From Candidatus Versatilivorator sp. (GTDB lineage: Bacteria; Acidobacteriota; Terriglobia; Versatilivoradales; Versatilivoraceae), in the NCBI GenBank assembly GCA_965207735.1, contig OZ242296.1, forward strand, positions 3,296,001-3,360,000: a stretch of 64,000 bases of DNA. Reading direction: 5' to 3'. The number at the start of each line of letters is the position of its first letter. The stretch's first letter is position 1. Shown here in pieces: positions 19,403-28,578 of the stretch. The notes under the pieces were generated by a model. That model had not been told where the DNA came from. It worked only from the letters and a program-made list of their open reading frames with translations, and ran no database searches. A program made the position numbers and the translations under genes.

Positions 19403-19690
19403 ATGAGACTCGTCTTTTCGATGATCCTAGCCGTCGTTCTTGCCTTTGGCGTGAGCCTGGGTTCGGCCTACGCCGGCTGTGGCAAGAAGGTGACCAACAA
19501 GGGCACCCTGAAGAGCGTGGATGCCGACAAGAAGACCATCGTGGTGGCCAGCAAGGGTGAAGAGACCAAGCTGTCGCTGACCATGGGTACCAAAGCCATC
19601 GGCGCCGACAAGGTTGCCGACATGGTGGGCAAGAAAGTCAAGGTGATCAGCGAGCACGCCAAGGTGGATTCCGTCGCCTTGCTCAACTAG
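19403..19690 (+). CDS. Small secreted OB-fold-like protein
   Basis: AAGGAG RBS; signal peptide ending AYA-G; GTLKSVDADKKTIVV...VGKKVKV. Confidence 0.7.
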   Translation: MRLVFSMILAVVLAFGVSLGSAYAGCGKKVTNKGTLKSVDADKKTIVVASKGEETKLSLTMGTKAIGADKVADMVGKKVKVISEHAKVDSVALLN

Positions 19691-19731
19691 CTGGCCGTAG
19701 CCTGTAGAGTCGGTCAGTAGTTGAAACCCAG

Positions 19732-20859
19732 CTAGCAACACCAGGTGCGGATGAATTCAGCGTAGGTATCCGCACCTCGGTGTAGCTGCTCTACCGAAAT
19801 CCACTCGTCGAAGGTGTGGGCCTGCTCCACGTCCCCCGGCCCGATCAGGACCCGGTTCTTGAGGTCGGTGTAAACCGAAGCCTCGCTTCCGTACCCCACC
19901 GTACGGGCACTCTCCCTTCCCGTAACCCGCATTACTTCCTGGACGAAAGACGACTTTGGGTCGACGTGAAAGGCTTCGTGCCCCGGGTCGACCTTCAGTT
20001 CCACTCCGCATTCCCGAGCCGCCTGGGTCACCCGCTCGATCAAACGGTCGGTTCTGGTCCTGGGCATGGGGCGAAAACCGATGCGGCAGATGCTGATCGG
20101 CTTCTTGACGTTCATGGCCTCGGGGAAGTCCTCGATTCCGATGTTTCCTCCCAGGGTCGGCGGGTCGAACTCCGGGTCCTGCCACTCGGGACTGCTCTGA
20201 GTCTCGTCGTAAAGCTCCTTCATCCTGACCAGGAAGGGAATCATGATCCAGTTGGCGTTCATTCCCACCCGGGTGCTGGAGTGGGCCGACTCTCCCCGGG
20301 CCGTGGCCTCGAATGAACACCCGCCCTTGTGGGCGTAGACGACATCCAGCAGGGTGGGCTCCCCCACGATGGTCCTGGTCTGCGCTTCGACCATCTCCCG
20401 ATAGAACCTGGAGGTTTCCTTGACCTGGATGGCGCCCCCGTAACCGATCTCTTCGTCGGCGGTGCAGGCGACGTAGACGGGTTGTTTCAGCTCGGCGGCC
20501 TCGAAACGCTCGGCGGCGGCCAGCATGCTGGCCACCGACCCCTTCATGTCGCAGGCTCCCCGTCCGTAGAGCTTTCCCTCCTGAACGGCGGGGGCAAAGG
20601 GACCGTGCTCTTCGGTGAACCAGTTGATGGCCGGCACCACATCAGTGTGCCCGAAATAGGCCAATCCACCCCGCCCCTCACCCTTTTTTCCCACCACGCT
20701 GGCCTTGCGGACCCCGTTCTCGTCCTCATACTCCAGGCGCTCGGTTCGACAGCCCATCTGCTTGAGACGATCCTCCAGGTAATCGGTCAGGGCCGCGTTG
20801 CTGAGGCTGCTGGTGGTATCGAAGGCGATGATGTCCTTGGCGTATTGGAGGGCGTCCAC
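19732..20859 (-). CDS. M20-family metallohydrolase (acetylornithine deacetylase ArgE-like)
   Basis: GHTDVVP, LYGRGACDMKG, TADEEIG, IVGEPT and AHTFDEW motifs. Confidence 0.9.
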   Translation of the reverse strand: MDALQYAKDIIAFDTTSSLSNAALTDYLEDRLKQMGCRTERLEYEDENGVRKASVVGKKGEGRGGLAYFGHTDVVPAINWFTEEHGPFAPAVQEGKLYGRGACDMKGSVASMLAAAERFEAAELKQPVYVACTADEEIGYGGAIQVKETSRFYREMVEAQTRTIVGEPTLLDVVYAHKGGCSFEATARGESAHSSTRVGMNANWIMIPFLVRMKELYDETQSSPEWQDPEFDPPTLGGNIGIEDFPEAMNVKKPISICRIGFRPMPRTRTDRLIERVTQAARECGVELKVDPGHEAFHVDPKSSFVQEVMRVTGRESARTVGYGSEASVYTDLKNRVLIGPGDVEQAHTFDEWISVEQLHRGADTYAEFIRTWCC

Positions 20860-20997
20860 GAATCGGTCCTTTCTGTTGACCAGGGGAGAGGCATCCCCGC
20901 GGAAGGGGTAGTGTACAACCGGCGGGTGCCGGCCTCAATCTCTTTCCGCCTCGCCGTTGCATGCCGGGCGACCCGGGTCGGCGCGACGGGTTCCGGC

Positions 20998-23817
20998 TCA
21001 GCCGTCGCTGACCGGGAGGCTCACTTCCTCCAGCACCGGAGTACTGCCTCCGTCGGGTGTGGTGAGCAGAGCACGGTACTGAAACCAGCGGTGGTCCGCG
21101 GGAGGGGGAGAAAGGGCGGCGGGCTGCCGGAAATAGCTGCCGGGGCCGCCCGGCCCTTCCCAGGCTGCGGCCCTGACGGCCTCCGGAGTCGATCCGCTGC
21201 GCAATTGAAACTTCACCGCCGTCCCGTGAGGGGTTCGGGCCTGCCAGTCCAGCCGGGAGGGCCGTTTGCCCGGAGGGATGCTCAGCAGAGGCGAACGGTA
21301 TTCCTCTTCCAATCTGCGGTCATAGATGTTGCCGACGTCGTGGCGGACGCTGAAGTGCGGACCGAAGGTCTGGATCCAGAGCCGCCTGGCGAAGGAATAT
21401 CCCTGGGAAGATCCCCAGAAGATGTTGGTTCCGACCCCGTGGTCGCCGTCGCGCAGGTGGTTGAAGGGGACGATATCCATCCATCCGTCCCGGTTCAGAT
21501 CGGCCACGGTGAGAGCCAGGGTCGATTCTCCGGGCAGTCCCGTCCTGCGGGACTCGCTGTAGCCTTCCGGCCCGCCCCAATAGATGAAGCAGGGCAGCTT
21601 GCGGGTGGTGTAGGCGTGATAGTTGGTCATGACGATGTCCAGGTAGCCGTCCTGGTTGAGATCGGCCACCGACTGCTCCTCCGACTCGTAGGCCTCCAGC
21701 CTCTGGCTGCGGGAGAGGTCGAACCCTTCAGCGCCGCCCCAGAGAAGGGTGGCGTGGCGCATGGGGCGCCCGTGCCTGGCCATGTCGTAGACCCCGCCCA
21801 GAATCAGGTCCAGCCAGCCGTCGGCGTTGAGATCGGCGATCTCCACCGTGGAGGCCGAATGGACCTTGAGCAGGCTGTGGTTGTCCCGGCCGTAGTCACC
21901 GCCGGCGCTGCCCCAGAAGATGTCCACGTTCTCCCGGTCCACGTCGGGGAAGATCAGGTCCAGAAACCCGTCCTTGTTGAGATCGGCGATGGCGGCGCTC
22001 TGGCTGAGGTTGGTGTTCAGGCTCAGCTCGGTGCGGCGCCGGCCGCTGAATCCTCCATCCCCGCCCCAAAGCAGGATCCCCCGGGATGAAACCTCCCGGC
22101 TGTAGGCCGAACCGGCGGGTATGACCAGGTCCAGGTAGCCGTCGCGATTGAGATCGGCCGTCGAGGCACCGTGCCCCTCCTCCAGGTTCAGCTCCTCCCT
22201 CCTCTGGGCCCGGTAGCCTTCGGCGTGCCCCCAGTAGATCCAGCCGTTGGGAAAGGCGATGTCCGGCCGGCCGTCCCGGTTCAGGTCGGCGATGGCCGGC
22301 ACCGCGCCGATGGCTCCCGGCACCCTCGAGACGGATGCGGCCGAGTAGTGATGGCGTGGATTCCCCCAGTAGATCAGGGAATCGATGGCATCGCGGGAGC
22401 CGCTGTTGCGGTTGACCAGCACCAGGTCGGGAAAGCCGTCCCGGTCCAGGTCGGCGCCCCGCAGGCTCACGGGACCGAACCCCTGCAACTGGCTGCGGTG
22501 GGCCGGGTCGAAGCCCAGGGGACCGTTCCAGTAAATGTAGGAAGGCACGTCGTGGCTTCGGGAGTCGCCTTCGTTGGCAAAGGCGATGTCGATCCAGCCG
22601 TCACGGTTGAAGTCGACCGCGACGGCGTCGCTGGCATCCAGGGTCGGCAGGTCGGTCCGCCGTCCGCTTTCGAACCCCTGCGAGCCTCCCCAGTAGATGG
22701 TGGAGGGCTGCTGGCCCCGGTTGGCCAGGATCAGGTCGGGAAAGCCATCCCGGTTCAATTCGGCGACCTCGCACCGAATGGCTCCCGCGGTCGGCAGCTC
22801 CGCCCAGGGCTCCGCGGGGAAGCCTTCGGGCCCGCCCTTGAAGAGTTGGGCCCGGTTGTCGCGGTGAGTCACCACCAGGTCCGGGGCGCCGTCCCGGTCC
22901 AGGTCGGCCAGGCGCAGTCCCACCGGGTCCCCGCCCTCCATCCGGTGCCGCCGCTCGACGGAAAAGCCCGCGGGGTCGCCCCAGTAGAGATAAACGCTCT
23001 TCTCCTCGGAGTTGTTGTTCACGAACAGCAGCTCGGGGAAGCCGTCCCGATTGAGGTCTCCGGCAGCCACGTCCAGGGCGCTGATCGAGGGCACGACGTC
23101 ACGTCTCTGGCTGCTGAAGCCGGTGGGACCGTTCCAGTAGATATAGGATTCCAGGTGTTGGGCCGTCCCGAAGCGTTTCCAGCCCTCGATGCCGTGGTTG
23201 GCGATGGCCAGGTCCACAAACCCATCCCGATTGAAGTCTGCCGCCGCCACCGCGCTGCCCAGCAGGGTGGGCAACAGCGTCCGCCGGTCGGGCTGGAACC
23301 CCTCCCGGGATCCCCAGTAGATCATGAGATCGGTTTCCACCCCATAGTTGTGAATGAAGTTGCAGAAGACCAGGTCCAGGTAGCCGTCCTGATTGAGGTC
23401 CTCGAGCAAAGAACTCCCGCCTCCCTTGCTGGGAAGCCGGGTCACGCCGGCCTCGCGCTTGCGAATCTCTCTCAGCAGTTTGCCCAGGGGCTGATGGTCG
23501 GGCAGGTCGGGAAGCAGCGAACGCAGCCCTCGTGGTCCTCCCCGATAAATGAGAACGTCCTCGCTCTCGACCTGGTTGTGGTCCTGCCCCACGAACAGGT
23601 CCAGGAAACCGTCGTTGTTCAGGTCCCAGCGGTGAATCATCTCGACGGTTCCGGCCCGGCTGACGTAGAGATTGGCTCCCCCGTCGGCCAGCGTCCCCCG
23701 CGAGAAGTCCTCAAAGCTGGAGTGGTGAATCCAGGGCTGGTGAGGAGCCTGCCCAGAGGCGGACAACAGCAGCAGCCCAACCCCCAGGGTTCCCGCGATG
23801 AAGGAAGTTCGGGTCAT
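20998..23817 (-). CDS. Secreted FG-GAP/VCBS repeat protein
   Basis: More than 10 DLNxDGxxDL Ca-binding repeats with IYWG motifs; signal peptide. Confidence 0.92.
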   Translation of the reverse strand: MTRTSFIAGTLGVGLLLLSASGQAPHQPWIHHSSFEDFSRGTLADGGANLYVSRAGTVEMIHRWDLNNDGFLDLFVGQDHNQVESEDVLIYRGGPRGLRSLLPDLPDHQPLGKLLREIRKREAGVTRLPSKGGGSSLLEDLNQDGYLDLVFCNFIHNYGVETDLMIYWGSREGFQPDRRTLLPTLLGSAVAAADFNRDGFVDLAIANHGIEGWKRFGTAQHLESYIYWNGPTGFSSQRRDVVPSISALDVAAGDLNRDGFPELLFVNNNSEEKSVYLYWGDPAGFSVERRHRMEGGDPVGLRLADLDRDGAPDLVVTHRDNRAQLFKGGPEGFPAEPWAELPTAGAIRCEVAELNRDGFPDLILANRGQQPSTIYWGGSQGFESGRRTDLPTLDASDAVAVDFNRDGWIDIAFANEGDSRSHDVPSYIYWNGPLGFDPAHRSQLQGFGPVSLRGADLDRDGFPDLVLVNRNSGSRDAIDSLIYWGNPRHHYSAASVSRVPGAIGAVPAIADLNRDGRPDIAFPNGWIYWGHAEGYRAQRREELNLEEGHGASTADLNRDGYLDLVIPAGSAYSREVSSRGILLWGGDGGFSGRRRTELSLNTNLSQSAAIADLNKDGFLDLIFPDVDRENVDIFWGSAGGDYGRDNHSLLKVHSASTVEIADLNADGWLDLILGGVYDMARHGRPMRHATLLWGGAEGFDLSRSQRLEAYESEEQSVADLNQDGYLDIVMTNYHAYTTRKLPCFIYWGGPEGYSESRRTGLPGESTLALTVADLNRDGWMDIVPFNHLRDGDHGVGTNIFWGSSQGYSFARRLWIQTFGPHFSVRHDVGNIYDRRLEEEYRSPLLSIPPGKRPSRLDWQARTPHGTAVKFQLRSGSTPEAVRAAAWEGPGGPGSYFRQPAALSPPPADHRWFQYRALLTTPDGGSTPVLEEVSLPVSDG

Positions 23818-24614
23818 GGTTGGGATGGGGCCGGCGCTGGTCCCTTGAACTGCAACGGACCGTAGACCTCGTACTCGTGGAAGCCGCCCTTGTCGGTCAC
23901 GGGGGCGGTGGCGGTATTGAGCGGCCGTTCCCAGCGCCCGTCATAGTCATAGCGACAGACTGCCGCCTTCCAGGCCTCCCCCTGCTTCGGAATGGAATTC
24001 CCGGCGTGATGCAGATCGGCCAGCGGAAGGGCCAGCTCCAGGGACCAGCCCCGGTCGTCGTCCTCCGGATTATTGAGGGTGCCGTCCACGGCCACCGCCA
24101 CCCGGAGTTGGCTGTCCCAGGCCGTGGCTTCATGCAGAGGGGCGCCACGCTTGACAAAGTAGGCGTCGAAGATCTGGTTGCTGGGGCTGAACTCGAACTC
24201 GTAGTAGAGCAAGGAGGATTCCAGAGGCTTGATGAAGAGCTCCAGCACATCTTCCTCCCACAAGCGGGCGTCGCGGCCTTTCAGGGTGGAGCCGACATCC
24301 CGATCCCGGGCCGTCATGGCCACGTAGAGTTCCTTCCCGTCCCAGAGAAATCTGGCCGAGGCCCGCGCCGGGGACACCGGATTGCCCACGCCGTCGAACC
24401 GCAGCGGGATCTCCGGGGCCTGCTCCCAGGCCGGCTCGTCCGGGCGCCCGTCGATCTCGATGGGATCGCTGGTCAGATAGCAGGGAATGGGGTCGGCTTC
24501 GGCCGGCGGCTGGGGGCTCCCCTCCGGAGTCGGGTCGACTTCCGGCGCCGTAGAGCAGGAAACGCCCAGCAGAACCACAAGCAGCGGTATAAGGAATCGC
24601 ATATTGACTCTCAT
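23814..24614 (-). CDS. CBM9-like (DOMON-like) lipoprotein
   Basis: Lipobox LGVSC; IDGRPDEPAW, LWEEDVLELFI, YYEFEFSP and WSLELALP motifs. Confidence 0.85.
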   Translation of the reverse strand: MRVNMRFLIPLLVVLLGVSCSTAPEVDPTPEGSPQPPAEADPIPCYLTSDPIEIDGRPDEPAWEQAPEIPLRFDGVGNPVSPARASARFLWDGKELYVAMTARDRDVGSTLKGRDARLWEEDVLELFIKPLESSLLYYEFEFSPSNQIFDAYFVKRGAPLHEATAWDSQLRVAVAVDGTLNNPEDDDRGWSLELALPLADLHHAGNSIPKQGEAWKAAVCRYDYDGRWERPLNTATAPVTDKGGFHEYEVYGPLQFKGPAPAPSQP

Positions 24615-24800
24615 GAATTCGGCCTCTTCAAGCAGCGGACGGTTTTGATTGAGTTTCCCGGGCGGCGGAAGCGCCCCCCAGGACTGCAACGGCTTCGGAC
24701 TTGATCGGCAGTTCCCTCATTGTCTCCAAAATCGAGTTGTTCCGCCAGAACTGCCGCCGTGCTGCAACGTCAATCCGTTCGAGATTCGTCTTTGCCCCCT

Positions 24801-25082
24801 GGGCCTTATGCAAAACTCGGAATCGGGAATGACATTGAGGCGGCATAGGTGATGTGCTGCCGGCTCCGGCATTCACCACAAAAAGCACAAAAGTCACAAA
24901 ACGAGTTTCTTGATTTCGAGTCTTGCCGATCGGATGATTATTCTTGTGTTTTTTGTGCCTTTTGTGGCCATTGAGCTTCGGACGGCGAACCGGTTCAGTG
25001 TCTCCTGATCCTTGACGGACTCGGGAGGACAAACCCTCGATCTGAATTGAGGATGTCCCGACTCCGATTTTGCAAAAGGCTC
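24801..25082. mobile_element. MITE family 2, copy B (282 bp) with 4-bp TSD CCCT
   Basis: GGGCCTTATGCAAAACTCGGA...TCCGATTTTGCAAAAGGCTC; CCCT at 24797-24800 and 25083-25086. Confidence 0.75.
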
Positions 25083-25092
25083 CCCTGACGGA

Positions 25093-25569
25093 CTATTCGG
25101 TAATGCCGGCCTCTTTCATGGCGGCCTCGGCGCGCTTTGCGACCTCTTCCTCGGAAAGGTCCTCCACGTGGGTGCTGATCGTCCAGACATGGCCGAAGGG
25201 ATCGATCAGCGTTCCGGAACGGTCTCCGTAGAACTGATTCTGCAGCGGGCGCATTTCCTTGCCCCCGGCCGCGATCGCCCGCGGGTAGCTCTTGTCGACA
25301 TCGTCGACGTAGACCATCAGGCTCACCGAAGTTCCCCCCAGCGACTCGGGACCCTTGTAACCCATGTCGGGAAACTCGTCGGCGAGCATGACGGGGGAGT
25401 CCCCGATCTTGATCTCCGCGTGCCCGATCTTGCCGCCCGGAGCCTCCATACGCAACAGCTCCACGGCGTCGAAGGCCTTCTTGTAGAACTCGATTGCGGC
25501 GGCTGCGTCCTTCAGAATCAGATAGGGAGTGACCGAGTGGTACCCCTCGGGAATCGGCGAAACCGGCAT
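25093..25569 (-). CDS. VOC/glyoxalase (PhnB-like) protein
   Basis: PEGYHSVTPYL, AAIEFYKKAF, HAEIKIGDS and QFYGDRSGTLIDPFGHVW motifs. Confidence 0.93.
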   Translation of the reverse strand: MPVSPIPEGYHSVTPYLILKDAAAAIEFYKKAFDAVELLRMEAPGGKIGHAEIKIGDSPVMLADEFPDMGYKGPESLGGTSVSLMVYVDDVDKSYPRAIAAGGKEMRPLQNQFYGDRSGTLIDPFGHVWTISTHVEDLSEEEVAKRAEAAMKEAGITE

Positions 25570-25917
25570 GGTGCATGTCCTCCTTGGTTAAGTCCATGAT
25601 GGCGAATGACGCCACCGCGGCATCGGGGAAATAGTGCCTCCGGGTGGCGAATTGTACTTGGCGAGGCTGGTACTTGGCCAGTTTGTCCCGGAGTATACGA
25701 CGATTCGGGGGCCGCCAACCTGCCTCAACAGCGACCTGCTGTCGCCGCCGCTGTGGTCGGAGCTTTACCTGGAAATCCGCATTGGTCGCGGGTTGGCACG
25801 GATTACCCGAGTCCTCTGCGGTAAAGCGCCGTAGGGCGCCGTCCCGGAACGCACTGCCTCTCCAATATGACGCTAACCCCACACCTCACTCCCTGCACTC
25901 TTCGCAGGAGTGCAACC

Positions 25918-25935
25918 CTTGGTGAGAAATGCGGG
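25918..25935. repeat. Solo family-1 TIR (CTTGGTGAGAAATGCGGG, followed by CCAG)
   Basis: 17/18 match to the MITE-1 TIR. Confidence 0.8.
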
Positions 25936-25959
25936 CCAGTCCTCAAGTGGGTTGATCGG

Positions 25960-26130
25960 CCAGGCCGGTTGCCGGTTTCCCGGTTCTTGACGTAGCGCAT
26001 CCAGTTCCAGACCAGCCGTCCGACATGGAGTTTGTTGTTGATGAGCCAAGTCCTGTCCGCTCCGCGGTCATGACTCGTCGATGACGGTGGGTTTGTCCAC
26101 TGAAGCCAGGACCCCAACGGCCGGTCGCAA
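25960..26130 (-). pseudogene. Fragment of a large serine recombinase (recombinase domain)
   Basis: LINNKLHVGRLVWNWMRYVKNRETGNR resembles the ILxNxxYxGxxVWN..YVKDPxTGKR motif. Confidence 0.65.
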
Positions 26131-26387
26131 GCCTCTGGCAAGTCCGCAAAATGCCGGCCCGGTGCGGGGAACGGCAAACTTGACTTGCTCTCCCAACCAT
26201 GCTTAACTCATTGGAAAATCGAGACGATTGAGGAAGTTGAGGAAGATGCCCGGAGAGGATTGGCAAAGCTCGCTGGATCTCTAAGCGCACGAAGCGCACG
26301 CACGGGTGCGCACACGTGGAATGTACGAACGCGACCTGCAGATCCAAAGGACGTCAGGCGTTCGGTATCGGGCTGGGAGAAATCGCC

Positions 26388-27545
26388 ATGCAGAACGTCC
26401 CCACAGCATATGTCGAAGGCTACGCCAAAGCGCGCGCCATCGACCAGGAAGCCGCTGACAACTACGTCCGGCACACCAGAATCGGCGACCCTGTGTTCGA
26501 CCCGATCATGGAGGAACTCTCCTCGGTGCCGCCCGCCGACCTGCACCGCTTTATCAAGGCCGGCATAGAGCAGCAGGAAGAGGGGTTGCGCAAGGCCCCG
26601 CAGATCCTGCGCGATTTCATCGAGTCTCTTGAGGACCGTCCTCCCTGGCTCGAGTACGACGCCTTTCGGCCGGGGATTCGCGCCTTCCACGCAAACGTGG
26701 ACCTCATGCTGATCGCGTTCGTCACGGGGGTGCTCGTGGAGGGCTTTTCGACGCTGATCGCCAAGTCCTTCAGCATTACCGAGCGCGTGTCGTCGACCAC
26801 GAGGCGCCTGCAGCAGAACAACCGCCACATGATGGACATTTTCTTTCCCGGCGGCTTGTACAGAGAGAATGACGGCTGGAAGCTCTCTACCCGCATTCGC
26901 TTCATTCATGCCCGAATCAGGTCCTTGCTGAACAATTCGGAGGATTGGAATCACAAAGCCTGGGGCACGCCGGTGAGCGCGGCCCATCTGGGTTTTGCCA
27001 TCTCCGTCTTTTCCAAGCGTTTGCTGGAATACTCGCTGCAGGTGGGCGCACGTTTCAGCCAAGAAGAAAGAGAGAGTGTTCTAGCTGTCTGGCGCTACGC
27101 CGGATATCTCATGGGAATACCTGAAACCATCCTCTATACCACCGCAGCCGAAGCGGAAAAAATATACAAGATCAGCTACTTGTGCGAACCGCTGCCCGAC
27201 TCCGCTTCGATATCCGTGGCGAACGGTTTGATTCAGGCCATTCCGTCGGTTGCCGGCGTCAGGGAACCGGCCGAAGTAAAGAAGGTGACGGATCTGGCCT
27301 ACCGTCTTTCACGAGCGCTCATCGGAAACCAACTCGCCAGTCGCTTCGAGTTTCCGAAGAACTCTTCCATGGGAACTCTGTTTTACTTCCGGATGAAGCA
27401 ACGCCTTCAAAGAATTCTGAAGGGCGGACAATTGGTCAGATCGGACAATTTTACCCAGCTTCTTCAAATCTCAGTGTTCGACGAGCATGGGGTGAGCTAC
27501 AAGATGCCCGATCATGTAAAACACTCGAAGTCGAGCCCTTGGTAA
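26388..27545 (+). CDS. MpaB/Lcp-like oxygenase family (DUF2236)
   Basis: RIGDP, GWKLSTRIRFIHARIR, WGTPVS and VWRYAGYLMGIP motifs. Confidence 0.88.
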   Translation: MQNVPTAYVEGYAKARAIDQEAADNYVRHTRIGDPVFDPIMEELSSVPPADLHRFIKAGIEQQEEGLRKAPQILRDFIESLEDRPPWLEYDAFRPGIRAFHANVDLMLIAFVTGVLVEGFSTLIAKSFSITERVSSTTRRLQQNNRHMMDIFFPGGLYRENDGWKLSTRIRFIHARIRSLLNNSEDWNHKAWGTPVSAAHLGFAISVFSKRLLEYSLQVGARFSQEERESVLAVWRYAGYLMGIPETILYTTAAEAEKIYKISYLCEPLPDSASISVANGLIQAIPSVAGVREPAEVKKVTDLAYRLSRALIGNQLASRFEFPKNSSMGTLFYFRMKQRLQRILKGGQLVRSDNFTQLLQISVFDEHGVSYKMPDHVKHSKSSPW

Positions 27546-27576
27546 GCGGTGCCTGCGCCACGATCACGTCCCCTGA

Positions 27577-27593
27577 TGGGAAATGCGGGCTAG
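27577..27593. repeat. Degenerate solo family-1 TIR (TGGGAAATGCGGG-CTAG)
   Basis: Matches the outer TIR plus CTAG; lies where the squalene synthase relic is truncated. Confidence 0.7.
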
Positions 27594-27605
27594 AGACCGG
27601 GCATT

Positions 27606-28326
27606 GGGCGGGAATGAGCAAAACGTACCGCAATCCATCCCGGAGCCGGCGCCCGGTGATCGCCACCAGTTCGAAGAACCCGTCGAGGAACCTTGGATCG
27701 GCCTCGCCCGGAGACAGCCGATCCAACTCAAATCCCGAGGCCCTGAACACGTCCCTCGGGAGCCAGCAGACGCCGCGCCGGTGGTCGTCCCACAGGTCCT
27801 TGAGAATGTTGGTCATCTGCAGTCCCTGGGCGTAGGCCACCGACAATGCCAGCAGATCCTTTCGTCGCTTGTCGACCTCGGCGGAGTAGTCGCAGAACAA
27901 CTCGGTGAGCATCTCGCCTACAACTCCCGCAACGCAATAGCAATAGCGATCCAGACAGGAAAGATCCTTCAGACCAACGGGGACCGGGTTCTGCTGGAAC
28001 TCCATCATGCCGCGAGACATGATTTGCAAGCAATGCACGATCGCCGCGCGCTGGCGGGAGCGGAGACTTGCGGTGATACGGATCACGCGGTTGGAGCTCG
28101 CAACAAGTTCCCGCTCGTGCTCGGTCGTGGATGAAGACAGCAGTGCGCCGAGGTCATGAGCGAATGGGGTCGCGTCTTCGCGACCGGCGATCATTTGAAC
28201 GAACCGGGCCAGGAACGCCTGCTTCTGCGCCAGCGAGAGGGCAGGCTCGTCTTCGATGGTGTCGGCAATCCGACACAGGAGATAAGCGTTGGTCACGGGC
28301 CACCGCAAGCGATGGGGGAGCTGTGG
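27606..28326 (-). pseudogene. Squalene/phytoene synthase fragment (truncated at both ends)
   Basis: AYLLCRIADTIEDE, LDRYCYCVAGVVGEMLT and GLQMTNILKD...RGVCWLP motifs; N-terminal SRTF region and C-terminus are missing. Confidence 0.85.
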
Positions 28327-28557
28327 AAACCGCCGTCGAAGTGCGGCGATTACCTCACGCGTATCGTCAACGGAAGGGGTCGTCTACGTAATATAAGCCA
28401 CCTTCTCCGGATCGCGCACCGTCAGAGCCTCGACCCCCTCGACGTCTTCGATCACGATCACCCTGCCTGGAATTTGCCAGACCGTGCCTACAACTTCCGG
28501 GTGGTTCTCGTGGCCGATCAGCACGATGTCGTAGCCGCCGCGGGCGTACCGCCGTCC
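28315..28557 (-). pseudogene. ispH: Internal fragment of 4-hydroxy-3-methylbut-2-enyl diphosphate reductase
   Basis: Translates GYDIVLIGHENHPEVVGT...RDPEKVAYIT*TTPSVDDTREVIAALRRRFP; the Q of QTT is mutated to TAG. Confidence 0.85.
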
Positions 28558-28578
28558 ACGCCCCCTGAAAAATCCAAT

